In this document: positions 13,043 to 26,745 of the stretch, one piece after another
How the letters are laid out: the number at the start of each line of letters is the position of its first letter
Position numbering within the stretch: position 1 is the first letter of the stretch
DNA from: Octopus sinensis
Lineage: Eukaryota
Direction of reading: 5' to 3'
Assembly: GCF_006345805.1 (NCBI RefSeq)
Contig: NC_043008.1
Location: 3,782,001-3,846,000 of the forward strand
DNA length: 64,000 nt
Notes under the pieces: generated by a model
What the model was told of the DNA's origin: nothing
Database searches by the model: none
Seen by the model: only the letters and a program-made list of their open reading frames with translations
Translations under genes and position numbers: made by a program

Positions 13043-15406
13043 CTGACAATTATCCATCGTCTGTTATTCTCCATTTGGTCATATCTAAGTAGAATGTATG
13101 GTTCTATACAACAGCCGTACTTTATTGGGTTTAATTATCCCTGATGTTTGTAGATAGAAACATATGAAGGCAGAATTTATCGCTTTCGTCGTTTTCGTAG
13201 TGACAACAACACCAACATCAGCATCACCCCCGCTATCAGCATAATTACCATTGCCATGATCATAACCATCATCCTCATCACCGCCATCATCGCAGTCATC
13301 ATCATTACCATAACCAAACCTCTCGTCGTGTGTTCCACTCCAACAAAATCAATCCCAGCATTCCTCCTCTCCTCCTAATCATTGTCTCCGGCGTCGCCAT
13401 TGTTGCCGAGTCGTTTCTGCAGCTGAAGTCGAAGTTTTATCCGCAAACGCTGTCTAAACAATGTTCTTGAAGGCAAAAATATGCGTATGCATGTATGCAT
13501 GTATGTATGGATGGATGTATGAATGTATGTAATATATATATATATGTGTGTGTGTGTGTGAGTGTATATATGCATCTATGTATGTGTGTATGTGTGTATG
13601 AGTGTATGTGTATGATGCCTCTGCATAAGTATTTATGTATCTACAATAATGTTTTGTTGTTTGGATTGCTGCTGATTTGAAGAATTGTCGATTTATTCTG
13701 TTTTCCTTTGTGTATCGTTAAGGAGGAGCTGCAGACTTGTCAGTTGTCTTAACTGGTGTCATTGGTATTAATAGTAGTCTCTGTAGAATGTTTGCTTGCA
13801 TAGTTTTCGCTATTTATATTCTACTCTACGTCCCAGGTATGTTTTTGTATATGTCTCCTTTTCAAATATGATAAATAGACTAAACACACGCACGTATTTT
13901 TGGCCGATTCATCACAGCGTACTTAGAAAATGCATGACGCGTTTTGTATAGTATATATATCGGCCATTATGAACACTAAAGTATTTTCCTCGTTGTTTAT
14001 TGTTATCACTGTTTGCAGTGAGTCGACGTGACAAAGACATCCCTGTGATCTGTTTATATTTACTTTAGGAAAACATATATAGTGGAGAGGGGCTTTCAAA
14101 GCATTTAATACGGGCCTTTGAAAATTGTGAGTGTCCACCCTGTTTACCTTGAGGGAATAAAAAGATATTTACACTCTGAACAATACTATGAAAAACGTTT
14201 ACGGTTACAGCACCAACCAATGCAACTGTAACAATAGAATCCCTTAGGGAGAACCAAAACGGCACTACACTTTTCTACTTAAAACACTGGAGATGGATTA
14301 GTTCCCAGAAGAAAAAAAGACATGCGTCTAGAGGTATGTTTTAAAATGTTGTGCCTCATCGACCGAAGATTTCATCGAATAAAGGTCTAGGGTGAAATAA
14401 GCATACTCCTGCTCCTCGAGAATCGAAGGGAGCTTTTATATGCTCTCAAAAAAGCAGTTAAAGAAAGTTCTGACCGAAATGGGGCACGATGTATGCTTCA
14501 TCGATTGGGGTATGGCGTAAAGGAATGTGTACCTACCATACTTCGTAGTTAGTATTCTTAAGACGTGAAGACGATCCCCCCCCAAAAAAAGCAAACTTGG
14601 AGCATCATACGCCTTCTCGCAGAGGGACGCTGCAATACAACGAGAACCAAACATAATGATCAAAACATGAGTATTAATGTTAAACATTTTTGCCTTTTTT
14701 CCTAACACATTCTCATCGAGTCCGTCACCCTACAGATGTAGATGTTATATATCCTGAAATTCCTTTATATCACATTGCTGTATAATGTATGTATGAACAA
14801 GAAAATGAAATTATTGTTAATTTATCTCTGATGTTTAAAAGAGTCAGCTTGGTGCAGGATTGTGTTCACATAACCTGATTTTCGTATTCCACAGAAATGA
14901 CCAAACTACACGCAATATTTAGCAGAAGAAAGAGATATGTCACTGAAGTTTCTTGCAATTCATGAGCTATTAGATGGAATTAATCGGATAACATCAAATC
15001 GATTAATGGCTCTATTCTCTTCGTTGTATTTACAATGAATATAATGAGAAATATGTAATGTAGAAATGGCAACTACATATGTTTTTGTCAAACCGTCTCA
15101 TCTAACATATAAACGAATATAACTTGCGGTATAAAGTACGATTACATATTACGCTTCTGATCTTTATGGGAAAGCAAATATTTTTACATTTGGCATGTCG
15201 GTATAACGGGAGTTGTTCATATAACCATGTTGATTAGACGTCCACACAGTAAACACGTGGTAGCAGGTTCAATCCGAAGTGCAGACTTTTGCCAATTTTC
15301 TTCTGTTATATCTATTGTAAGCTATTTAAGAAATAGAAACAGCAATACTTCCATCTCTCTCTCAATCTCTCTCTCAATCTCTCTCTCTCTCAATCTCTCT
15401 CTCTCT

Positions 15407-15454
<48 letters not shown>

Positions 15455-16851
15455 TGCATATAGGTATATGCGTGCTTGCCTACATGCATAGTCATGTGAT
15501 AACATAATCAGGGCATTGAATAAAAGTACCTTGCGTTAATTAGTTGATTACCTGCCCAGATCGCCTTTGGCTGTCAAGTTAAGTGCCTAGCAATTACTGG
15601 GTTCGAAATAATCGAGTAAGACCCATAAAGTGCATGCCCCACTTTCGTCATGGTCCAATGACTGATGTTCTTAAAAATGCAATAAGTTTCATTCTTTTTT
15701 GATATTGCAGTTTAATTGTAAATATGCAGTTATGCACACTTTTTTTACTAGCTGCATTTCTGCAAATGCAAAAGTATTTCCTTCAAGACATAATGTAATT
15801 GTCAGCTACTACAAAACTTATTTGTTTTATTTTATTACTAGTATTATCTGCAAATTGATTTTCGTTCTTTTTTCTTTCTTTTTTTTTCTTGGAAGCGATG
15901 TCAACATATTTGTGTGCGTAATTTGTCAAACATGTCAGCATACAAATGGTAGATTGCAGAAAGTTATATATTTATTTAATTATTTATTTATTTCTATAAG
16001 ACTACAAAAGCGCATTCTTAGCGCACTTCCTAATATAATTATATGTATGTATTCACACATACTCACACACATACTTACATACACATCTATATATATATTT
16101 ATAAATATATATGTATACACACACATATATATAATATTCTTTTTTCCTTCTTTACGTCAATTAGAATAGCTTTTTAATCCATCTATCCTTCTAACTGGTT
16201 CAACTGTTCAATTTTCTTATCTGAATATGACTTCATTCTTTACTAACAAATTATCTCTGATTTGTCTCTGAATTTATGATTTCGTATAGTTGAGAATTAA
16301 TCAGTTACACTTTGATCATAATTTCAAACGCATACATCCCACCAATTTTTTTATTAGTATTTTCCACCTTTGAAATAAAGTGTTATGCAGAGATAGTTAC
16401 GTTTTGTTTTGAAAAGTAAGTTTTTCCTTATAACAATATAATGCCAAATAAAGATTTCCGTAGAACTGAAGGGTGCTGACATTGAGACCGTTACTTTACA
16501 CTGTAGCATGCTGTCTACTGGACCATATATTAACAGCAATGGGTGGTCTAACAGTTCATACTTATTAGATGTGGTCAAACTGGACAAGTTACAGAACAGG
16601 CAAAAAAATGTATTACAGAATCCATTAATGATTATCATATAAGATATAAAAAGATGATGGTTAGTCCAATAATAGCAATAATAGTTTCAAATTTGAACAA
16701 AAAGAAAACCCTATTATCGACCCTGGAGTGATGACTATTGGCATTGGCGACGTCTCAGAAATACTGTAAGGCATTCGGGAATTCTAAAGATTCTGCCAGC
16801 TCACTCATTTAATAATTTGCATTAAATATTACCTCTAAAGATTAGAACAGA

Positions 16852-17005
16852 TGGACAGAGGAAATAGGTATAAACCCCAGTTTAGTACAGCTTCAAGAAG
16901 CAGTGTTATTTGGGACAGCTAGGGTTCTTGACATCTAAGGTTACTTGTTGTAGCCCGATGCTAGGAATTTTTCTTTTTCGACAGTTTAACTTGTTGTGAG
17001 TTTAT
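16852..17005 (+). pseudogene. Old R4/Dong non-LTR retrotransposon 3' end remnant
   Basis: Translates WTEEIGINPSLVQLQEAVLFGTARVLDI*, matching the R4/Dong C-terminal LQKxxLLGTARILR motif. A short UTR and an (AAC)/(AAT)n tract follow. Confidence 0.65.
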
Positions 17006-17024
17006 GAACAACAACAACAACAGC

Positions 17025-17076
<52 letters not shown>

Positions 17077-17101
17077 TAATAATAATAATAATAATAATAA
17101 T
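17025..17101. repeat. (AAT)n microsatellite, target site of the Dong insertion
   Basis: About 25 AAT units directly 5' of the element. A second (AAT)6 lies at 17883-17900. Confidence 0.95.
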
Positions 17102-17669
17102 GTGTCGTGTATGCAAGCAACAAAATGAAACCATTGACCATGTGGTCTCCAAGTGCAGTCTTCTAGCGCCTACAGAGTATCTCAACAGGCACGATAGAGC
17201 TGCACAATATATTCACTGGGTAATCTGTAAAAACCTGGATTTGCCCCATGAAAAAAACTGGTGGGAACACAAACCACCCCCAGTGCTTGAAAATGACCAC
17301 ATCTCACTCCTCTGGAACTTCACCATTCAAACTGACAGGAAGATAGATGCAAATAGGCCAGACATCATATTGAAAGACTTCAAACAAAGAACATGCCTCC
17401 TCATTGATATGACTGTCCCAATCGATATAAACGTATCTGTCAAGACCTACCAAAAACTGAGCAAATATAAAGATCTTGAAATAGAAATCAGCAAAATGTG
17501 GAAGCTGAAGACTAAAACAATACCTGTTGTCATAGGTGCCCTGGGAATGATAGCAAAAGGGGCTGATAGCTACCTAACTCAGATACCAGGAAACCCAAAA
17601 ATGGCAGAAGTTCAAAAGATAGTGCTCATAGGAACTGCTCATATCCTACGCAAAATACTCTCTATGTAA
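17100..17669 (+). CDS. C-terminal part of an R4/Dong-clade non-LTR ORF: CCHC zinc knuckle plus restriction-like endonuclease (5'-truncated, no stops)
   Basis: CRVC-x8-H-x4-C, YLNRHD, LLWNFTIQTDRKIDANRPDIIL, LLIDMTVP, KLSKYKDL, IPVVIGALG, GTAHILRK are the R4/Dong RLE motifs. 189 uninterrupted codons. Confidence 0.9.
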   Translation: MCRVCKQQNETIDHVVSKCSLLAPTEYLNRHDRAAQYIHWVICKNLDLPHEKNWWEHKPPPVLENDHISLLWNFTIQTDRKIDANRPDIILKDFKQRTCLLIDMTVPIDINVSVKTYQKLSKYKDLEIEISKMWKLKTKTIPVVIGALGMIAKGADSYLTQIPGNPKMAEVQKIVLIGTAHILRKILSM

Positions 17670-17882
17670 TCTCAAGGTTTAAAACAAACATAATTTTCGG
17701 TTTAAAAAAAAAAAATAAAACCTTTTTTTTTTAGACATTCATTAGTACAACATCCCCACCCCCCAAATATATGGCACACTAGGCATAACAACAACATGAA
17801 CTCCCAACCCTGTTGTCTCTTGAGGTCTCTGGGTGAGACTTGGAGCCAACTTGTACAAATATAAAGCAAAAGTCAAACATAG
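17101..17882 (+). mobile_element. 5'-truncated R4/Dong retrotransposon inserted in (AAT)n
   Basis: RLE ORF plus ~210-bp 3' UTR with (AAT)n on both sides. TAA-repeat targeting is established for Dong elements. Confidence 0.88.
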
Positions 17883-17930
17883 AATAATAATAATAATAAT
17901 ACATACATACATACATACATACATACATAC

Positions 17931-18315
17931 TGTCTAAAAATTTGCCCTGATAGGAACAGTCCACATCCTACGCAAGACACTATCAATTCAATAATGCAAC
18001 CTAAACAAAACAACCCACAAATACAAGATACACTCTATACAACATTTACCCAGTGAAATAAACTCCCACCAGCAAGCCTAAAAACCCAAAGCATTCCATA
18101 CTCAACACACAATACAAGCAGTAACACAACAAAAAACAGAACCACACCTCAAGGGAAAAAAGCTAAAACAATACAGTACCGGGAAGAGATCGCACACTCC
18201 CAACAGCAGAAAAGAACACGCAATGCTGCACACCCCCCAACGACACGGGGGTGTAGCAGGTGATGCAGTAGAAATTTACCTCAATCTACCAAATATTGAA
18301 CAGCTATATAATGAT
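17931..18315 (+). pseudogene. Second old R4/Dong 3' end remnant
   Basis: 17941-17994 translates FALIGTVHILRKTLSIQ*, paralogous to VLIGTAHILRKILSM* of the young copy. The downstream UTR boundary is approximate. Confidence 0.6.
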
Positions 18316-18321
18316 GATGAT

Positions 18322-18462
18322 GATCCCTTTTACTATTGGTACAAGGCCTGAAATTTTGGTGGGAGGGGAATGTCGATTATATCAACCCCAGTACTTAACT
18401 GACTGGTACTTAATTTATCGAGCCCGAAAAGACGAGAGGCAAAGTCGACCTAGGCGGAATCG
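18322..18462 (-). mobile_element. Nin-domain SINE, 3' portion
   Basis: CTGGTACTTAATTTATCGAGCCCGAAAAGACGAGAGGCAAAGTCGACCTAGGCGGAAT is the reverse complement of the Nin core. Confidence 0.7.
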
Positions 18463-18486
18463 CCGTTGCTTTTTGTTCTCTTCATG

Positions 18487-19178
18487 ATTCCCCCTGACCT
18501 TGCTACCTCGGAAAATGAACCTGGGATATCAGCTAAAGGGAAAATCTCAAACAATCAACCACTTCCTCTTCAAGGTTGATTTGAAGTTGTATGATAAGAA
18601 TGAGGCACAAGTTAGTTCTTTTCTGAACACGGTCCACTGATTTTGTTCTGCTGCAATTCGAATGGAATTCTGACTCAAGAAGTGTGATATAATGTACCCG
18701 AAAGGAGGCAAGGTACAGATCCTAGCAGAAATAGAATTACCTAACAGAGAACTGATTAAACAAATTGAAAAGGAATGCTACAAATACCTTGGCATACTGG
18801 AGTTCAACGAACATGGAGAAGAAAATGAAGGAACAACTGAAAATGAAATATTTCCGGAGACTAAGAATGGTGTTGCGTTCGAAATTGACTGAATGGAATA
18901 AAATCCAATCAGTTCATAGGTAGGTGATAGCATGACTTGGGTAGGGAGCTGGAATCATGAAGTGGCAAAAGAAAGAACTGATGCACATGGATACGATGAT
19001 TCAAAAATACCGACAGTGCACTGACCCTTCCACACTGAGAGTGACACCGATAGGCAGCACTTGTCTAGAAGAATGGGTGGGAGAGGTTTCATCAGTTGCC
19101 AGGATCGTATCGAAGCAGAGTAAAACAGCTTAGTGTGGCATGTAAAAAATACTGTGGAGCCATTGTTGGACAAATAGA
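18487..19178 (+). pseudogene. Decayed R4/Dong reverse transcriptase fragment
   Basis: PLTLLPRKMNLGYQLKGKSQTINHFLFKVDLKLYDKNE (INHLLYMDDLKLY motif), YKYLGILE and SDTDRQHLSRRMGGRGFISC (DRLYxxRxxGGRGL motif), with frameshifts and stops. Followed by (AAT)n at 19180-19255. Confidence 0.8.
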
Positions 19179-19179
19179 A

Positions 19180-19240
<61 letters not shown>

Positions 19241-19371
19241 TAATAATAATAATAATTCTTAAACAGGTGCAAGGGGAAGGGTAAGCCATTACATCGACCC
19301 CTGTGCTCAAATGATACGTACATTTTCTTCCCGAAATTCGACGTATATACAGAGAGAAAAGAAGACAGGAA

Positions 19372-19404
<33 letters not shown>

Positions 19405-19535
19405 GTAGGTCCCGGGTTGATTCGGGGTTAACCACAGTAAATAAGGTACTCAATACATAGCAGAGTAAAATTAATTTATTATATAGAAGGAGCTTCTACA
19501 GGACTAGAACTGTTTCATTCAAGAGAAATCTTCAA
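19405..19535 (-). mobile_element. 130-bp mini-element in (TA)n with truncated hammerhead-like motif
   Basis: Unique insert between two (TA)n arrays. Minus strand reads TTGAAGA-tTTCtcttGAAt-GAAA-C-agttcta-GTC-ctgtag, then AATAAA and a TACTC..GAGTA hairpin. Confidence 0.55.
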
Positions 19536-19548
19536 TATATATATATAC

Positions 19549-19627
<79 letters not shown>

Positions 19628-21488
19628 CATATATATGTGTGTGTGTGTGTGTAGCTATAGATACACACACACACACACGTAATCACATGACACTAGAGTT
19701 TCAGCAGCCATTTAAAATACAAAGGGGCATCTATATTTACGCTTGTGTTCACTGCAGTGGAGACACTAATATACACGGCGTACACGTGCCCTTAAATGGG
19801 TGTTAAAGTGTGTCACTTTTAAATATATATTCAAAAGATTTCAAAATATCGACGTTAATGTTTGAGCCTCTTGAAAATTCTTCATAAATTCTTCATAATT
19901 TTGTTGTATAAACACATGACTAATAAAACAAAAGACTCAACAATTTGAATGTGAGGTACATCAATAATTTTCCATGCAAGGTACACCAGTAATGTTTCAT
20001 ATTCCAAGTAAAGCACTCGGATTTCTCTTGTCTCCAATTCGCTCTGAAGTCCTATAATCTGAGAATGTTTGTTGTTTTTGTTTAGACTCAAACGATTCTG
20101 ATCAAGCTTACTTGTTATTAAAAACTTCGCATTACGGCCATTCATTTTATTTATTTTTGTTTTCATGAATACTGTACTCCGCACTACGCAAGCCGATGTG
20201 TCCCTTTTAAAGATGGTAAGATTCAGTTTGTGGGAGATTAAATTAGCCTTCATCTCCTCCCCCCCAGTAAGTCGATCGACTGTGAAAAGGCCGCCATGTT
20301 TACTTTTGAACGAAACTATGTGTTTTACGGTTGTTATTACTTTTCCACGAAATAATATATATTCATTTTAATTCGAAAAATAACGTTTAGCGTTTTGTTA
20401 TTTACATTTTTTACGTGAGAATTGTAGCGTTTGAGGCGGTTTCTTCAAAGAACTGAGTCTATTTGCCTTAAGCTTTAGAAACGAATGAAAACGAATAAGA
20501 AAATAAAAATGAATATTAGATACAAATGTATTTATGAGAAAAGTATTTGAAATTCTAAGCTTTTCAAAATCAGCAAGACCATTTGGATTATAACTTATAA
20601 GTTATATTAAAATGAAAAGAAACTAAACCGTTTATTTGATTTCCCTAAATAATAAAGTTTATACTGTACACATGAAATACTTCAAAACGTTTAAAACGAT
20701 TTGGAAAATAGCGTTCACATTACTCGTACAAGAACATAGAAAAAAGAAACAAAATCACCAACCGTATTTACATTATCAGACTAAATATTAGTACATAACA
20801 TTTCTAAAATGTACGTACTTAAACGTTCGTGATATATTCTATACAATTTCAATGGTCTGAAAGGGGAAGGACCTATAGCGCACTGGCTTTCAGCAGGCGC
20901 ACCTTACATCATCATCGAAGAAAACACAGGAAATTAGAAATTTTAACATGACGTAAATTGTCGTGTACTGGAATCATAAGCAACAGTAGTTATTATTGAT
21001 GCAAATGCCCGCAAAAACTTTTGTTTTTGTTTTTGTTTGGTTTTATTTTTGGTGGGGAGAAGTATTATTTAAACTTTCTTATTGCACTTAAACCTCGTAG
21101 TTCAGCGCTTTGTTGTAAACTCGCCTAAAGCTGCCGATGCTGCTTTCGTGTTGACTTTATTATTCCTCTAAATATATTTCGTTTGCAAAAGAACTATTTA
21201 TTATGTTTTCGTGTGTGTGTGTGTACATAAATGTATGTATATATGTGTCGAAACATACGTAGACTTACATGTGCATGTATATATGGGTATACATATTAAT
21301 ATATACAAGTACGTATAGAAATGTATATGTACACGCTATATATGTGTGTGTATGTATTTATATATATACACACATATATATACATATATACATATATATA
21401 TATATATTTATATATATGCATATATATATATAATATATATATATATGCATATATATATATATGTACATGTATACATATATATCTACTT

Positions 21489-21537
<49 letters not shown>

Positions 21538-23754
21538 CAATCTACAGTTACATCCATAAAAAGATGTATTTGTATATGCTGCACGTGTGCATGTATTCGT
21601 GTGTGCATATGTGTATGTGTGTGTGGATGTGTCTGAGCTTTTGTGTGTGCGTGTTTGAGCGTATGTGTGCTTCATGAGAAATGTCAGATAGTATTGTCCA
21701 CAATAAACACAACTTAATGGTTCTTAGATCTAAAAACAGAAAAAGAAAAAGAAAATATAATATAAAAGGGGGAAATAAAAAGAAAAGTATATTGCTCGAT
21801 ACTTAATATTTTCTGCGCTAACCGTTTGCTGGGGAAACAAGCAATTGAACAAAATGAAATATTTGTACATGGGAAAGAAATATATGGAGCATTGATGTTT
21901 TTCGATTCACTCCACGTGAAAAATGAAACATTGGTTCTACACTAACTGAAATATCAAAAGAACATTTCTATTAAGCCATACGTAACGTATCGTAATTCTT
22001 TCAAACCAAGCAATTCTTTATCATAGAAGTTAAGTTTGAGTGATTTAGACTGTTTTTATTTCTAACTCAATTGATATTACATATACTATACAACAGTAGC
22101 AGCAGTCGCCGCAGTAGTAGCAGTAGTAATGGTGGTGGTGGTGGTGCTTGTTGGAGAAGCAGCAGCAGTAATTGTTCATGTTTAGTACTTAAGTAAGCCT
22201 CCCCGACGAAGCAAAAAAATGGATCAAAGCTGTTTTAGCTGTGACCATCATGCGGTTTTTACTTCTTCCAAGTATAGTGTGTATTGAGGACAATATCATC
22301 CAAAGCGAAATTTTCATCTATTCATTTATTTATTTATTTACTCATTTATTCGTTTATTCGTTTAGTAATCTGAACTTTGGAAGGAAATTTCTTTGCTTTT
22401 CCTAGATCTTACTTCGACTGGACTTTAATGCAGTTCTTGTTGCTGTTGATGCTTAGGTCATGGCTGTTTCCAGTGATCAAATGCCTTGATCAACCCAACT
22501 TTTATTTGGATACGTTGTATATCATTTTTTTTGTGCTATGTATTTTTTGTTGTTTGTTTTGTCTACGAAGTTAGGTTACTAGTTGATGCTGCCCTTAGGA
22601 TGAGGTCGTTTAATCAGATGATGGGACCTTACGTTAGATCAAGCATTATGTGGTATATTGTAGAGACAGTTAAATGAAACTAAAATGTTTCAGTGTGTCT
22701 TACATTATTCTTTAAAATAATTTTAATAGCTCGTAATATATAAGAGAAATAGTTTACCTAAGAATTTGATTGACTAAGATGAATAATGTTGTGTATCAAA
22801 TGAAATCACATGGAAATTCTTAACGCTTCTATTTACTTTCATCCATTTTACTTTATCCAATGCTGGAGCAGTTGTTCCTGTTGACTTCAGTCGACAAAGC
22901 ACTCTGCACCGAACGACAAAAGGCACTCTGAAATTTACAGGGACATCAAAAAGATATTTAGTAGGAAATACTTGCTGGAACAATATGTTACAGAATTCGG
23001 TTAGATTTATTCTTCACTCCATTGTAGCGACAATAAATAAGGGAAATAAATAAATAAATACAACAGTCAAGAATTATCTGTCGACCATTTACAATCAGGA
23101 TGAAAAATGATTCGCTTTATGCATCGTAAACATTGGTTAAAAGAAAATGAAAATAAAGCAACATCCTTCTGTAAGGAACAATTGCTGTTTCGTACAGTTA
23201 TCGACCTTCCCATACAATACTCCACCATTCTGATTTCATTGTGAAATCTGTTCTCTGTAAAAACTACGATGACTATTCAACTGGTGACAATAAGTCAAAG
23301 ATATGCTTCCGTACGCTTTCGTTCTCTGAATAGAATGTTATTTGAGGGACTCCTTAGAAATAGAACGACAGAATACAACTGGAATTATTGTTACTTACTT
23401 TACTCGCAAATATATTCAGGATGTTTTATTGTATTTTCTATTGATTTATCTGCCGTCGTTTATATAAAATGATTTTTTTACCCTTCGTTTTTGTTTAGGA
23501 TAATGAATATTTTTTGTAAGTGATTATTTGTTTGGAAAGAGAAAATAATCACATAATCAAATCATATCTACATTTAAAGTTTGAAATAACGCAGGATTAT
23601 TTCCTCACATACAAGAGCGAATGGCCTAATGGTTAAAAAGTTCCGAGTTCGACCACGGCTGGATATGAAATCAGAACGTAAAGAATCATGAGGTAAACCC
23701 CTAAGTATTTTGCTAACGCTTGTGCCAGTCCACAACGTTCAGGTTCAATAATAT

Positions 23755-23950
23755 TGATTTCATATTTTGTCATAAGGACAGCAATTTCGGGGGAGGGAGT
23801 AAGTTGATTACATCAACCCCAGTGTTCTACTGGTACTTAATTTATCCGAAAGGATGAAAGAAAAAGTCGACCTCGGCAGAATTTTAGCTCAAATTGTAAG
23901 GACGGACGTCATGCTGCTCAGTAACAATCCTGTTAGCTAACCACATCAAG
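23755..23950 (-). mobile_element. Degenerate Nin-domain SINE
   Basis: CTGGTACTTAATTTATCCGAAAGGATGAAAGAAAAAGTCGACCTCGGCAGAATTTTAGCTCA. Confidence 0.7.
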
Positions 23951-24194
23951 ATCCAGTAATATTACAAAGTAATTTTCTCAAATTGCTCCTAATGGAGAAC
24001 AGCTTTGACATACTGTGACACTGATTGTACCTGGGGATTACGTAAAGGCTGCAGACGTCTAGAGTTTACCCAGGCACTGACAACCATAACACGATAATCA
24101 ACTGATTCTTATCAACAGTGGAATATTCACATTACTTATTGCATTAGTATAGTGAAATTCACATTCAATGCATACACACACACACAAGCACTCT

Positions 24195-24227
<33 letters not shown>

Positions 24228-24326
24228 TTCACGTAGCAAGTTATTCGATGATATTCTACCATAGTCTCATGTTGGCCAATAACTTGTGAATGGAACCTGG
24301 GAAACGAAAGCATTATCCATCATGTT

Positions 24327-24382
<56 letters not shown>

Positions 24383-25338
24383 CATCTTTATATATATGTG
24401 AGTGTTTGTGTGTGCGAGTGCTTCTGTGCATGCATGCGTGCGCGCGCGCGGGTCTTCGCACACGCATGCACACATCTTTGGAACATGTGAACCTGCGAAT
24501 ATAATACAGTCGTTCTGCTCCGAGTAATTGTAACTAGTTATTATTCCTGCCCTTGGAAATGCAAAGAACAAGTGTTTCTCCCGTTGGGATTTTCCAATCA
24601 ACGACGCTTTTGTTAACTAATTGCAACATCAGAAAGAAAAAGAAGGAAGCAAAAAAAAAAAAACGATACTGAAATATTTACTTCATCCTTTGAAAATTGC
24701 CGATGCTTCAAGATTACTAATTTTTATTTTGCTTTTCGTTTTTGTTACTATGACTACGGCAAGGAAGAAGATAAAAAAGAATATTTTATGTATCTAAAGC
24801 AAAAAAAAAGCTTTGAAAATTTCAACTGAAAAGGAATCCACATTATCAATAGAAAGAAATGCCTGTTATATATATGTATGAAAGGATATATATATATATA
24901 TACAAACATGTATATATATATATATATCATGAACTACCTCTAATGCAATCGAAACCCTCTCCTTCTAAAGTAAGTCAAATCCCATATTGTTCCTAAAGGT
25001 AATGCAAGAACCAACATACCACTTTATCTACCTACTTTGAAAATATGAAACTGAAGCTTTGAAAGCGAGGGAATGTAAGGTACGGAGGAAACGGGAGAAA
25101 GCGAAAAAAGATGTGGAATTGCTCCTTGGTGGACAATTTTGTTAAATGGGTGGTCAGAGGCGACCGTTCAAGCTGCTCAGTGTTATAAGAAACCGATAAC
25201 ATCCATTATTCCTTAATTCATTTGACTCCATGTGGAGCGTAAGTTGTTAATTGGTGATCACCATTATACTCTGCAATCTTAAATTAGGAAAAGGAACCTT
25301 AGAACAAGTAATTGAGATATATAAAAGGTTGACTAATA

Positions 25339-25382
<44 letters not shown>

Positions 25383-25599
25383 ACACACACACACACACAC
25401 ACAACACACACACACACACACACACACAACATACACACATGTACGTATTTGACTGCGAATTGTATGTCCTTACAATGACTAGCATTATGCACCCTTGGAA
25501 GACGGAAAGAAAAACTGCTTCTGAAATGACTGTGATACCCGAAAGGTGGTTTCCTCTCTCTCTCTCTATGTGTGTATGTGTGTGTGTATATGTGTATGC

Positions 25600-25692
<93 letters not shown>

Positions 25693-26049
25693 CTAGTACA
25701 AAATGCGCATGCGCGTGTGAGATTAACTGAGAGGAAGGTGTCTAAATTTTTAGATTGTTTTGTGGAATACTAGAGCGATACGGAATTTTAGCTATTTAAA
25801 TTCGGCCACAGGTGGCGTAGTTACTGATGCTTTGCAGTAAAATGTAATATGTAATCTTTGAAACACATTATGATCCACAAGACCATAATCAGTAGCAACA
25901 GAGCAGAAAGAGGTCCCTGAGCACTTTGATAGTGGACAAGATATTCGATAATGCAGAATTTCTATCGCAGCAAGCTTTCGTACTTGAACTCAGCACTAAA
26001 GCAACTGCCTTTTTTTGGGGGGGGGGGTTTCAGGAGTAAGCAGTATACA

Positions 26050-26182
26050 CTCTTACACGTTTCAGTCATTTGACTGCGGCCATGCTGGAGCACCGCCTTT
26101 AGTCGAGCAAATCGACCTCGGGACTTATTCTTTGTAAGCCCAGTACTTATTCTATCGGTCTCTTTTGCCGAACCGCTAAGTG
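26050..26182 (-). mobile_element. 3' fragment of a second SINE family
   Basis: GTTTCAGTCATTTGACTGCGGCCATGCTGGAGCACCGCC..GTACTTATTCTATCGGTCTCTTTTGCCGAACCGCTAAGT. Opposite-strand relatives occur at 5350-5400, 45650-45705 and 52995-53130. Confidence 0.7.
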
Positions 26183-26532
26183 TTTGCTTATATTCACTTC
26201 AAGTGTTTCTTTAACCAAGCAATTCACCCAACCTAAGCTCCTTCAAGCATTTGTAGACTGTATTGTTAAAAGGACGATGGATGACTCCTGTTCTAGCAAT
26301 CAGAGCGAGTTGAAGGTTTCTGTGGAGGTCACCTGGATTTTCCTCACAAAAGAGCAAATGTTACAGACTGTATTCCTGCATATAACAGTGTATTTTTCAG
26401 GCACTTATTAAAACCAAAGAAACACGAATTAAATTCTAACCCTGGATGTTAAATTGCTTTTCACTTTTCACCAAGTTTCGCCATTATGATACATTTCGGT
26501 GGTTCAGGAAGTTACACTGTAATAGTTTGAAG

Positions 26533-26745
26533 CGAGGTGGTGGAATGCTCAAAGCGCGCCAACAAAATACTTAGCGGCATTTTCTCCATCTCTTTAAGTT
26601 CTGCGTGTAAACTGCATCGAGGTTAACGTTGACTTTTATCTTCTGGGTCGATGCAATAAAGAACCAGCGAAAGATCGAAAGTAGCGCAATCGACTTGCCT
26701 CCTCCCGCTACCATAACCAGCTTTGAGCCAAAAAATGAAGCAATA
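26533..26745 (+). mobile_element. Degenerate Nin-domain SINE
   Basis: AAAATACTTAGCGGCATTTTCTCC..GAGGTTAACGTTGACTTTTATCTTCTGGGTCGATGCAATAAAGAACCAG. Confidence 0.55.

Noticed and set aside
13660-13860. Possible further Dong 3' end on the minus strand
   Set aside because: Only faint similarity (IPG..ANILQRLL). Insufficient to support a call.
19882-20300. YY1-like motif (AACATGGCGGC) plus 123-aa minus-strand ORF as a first exon
   Set aside because: 20205-20300 aligns with the dispersed (AAC)n-tailed repeat, the ATG frame stops after 15 codons, and the ORF has no recognisable motif.
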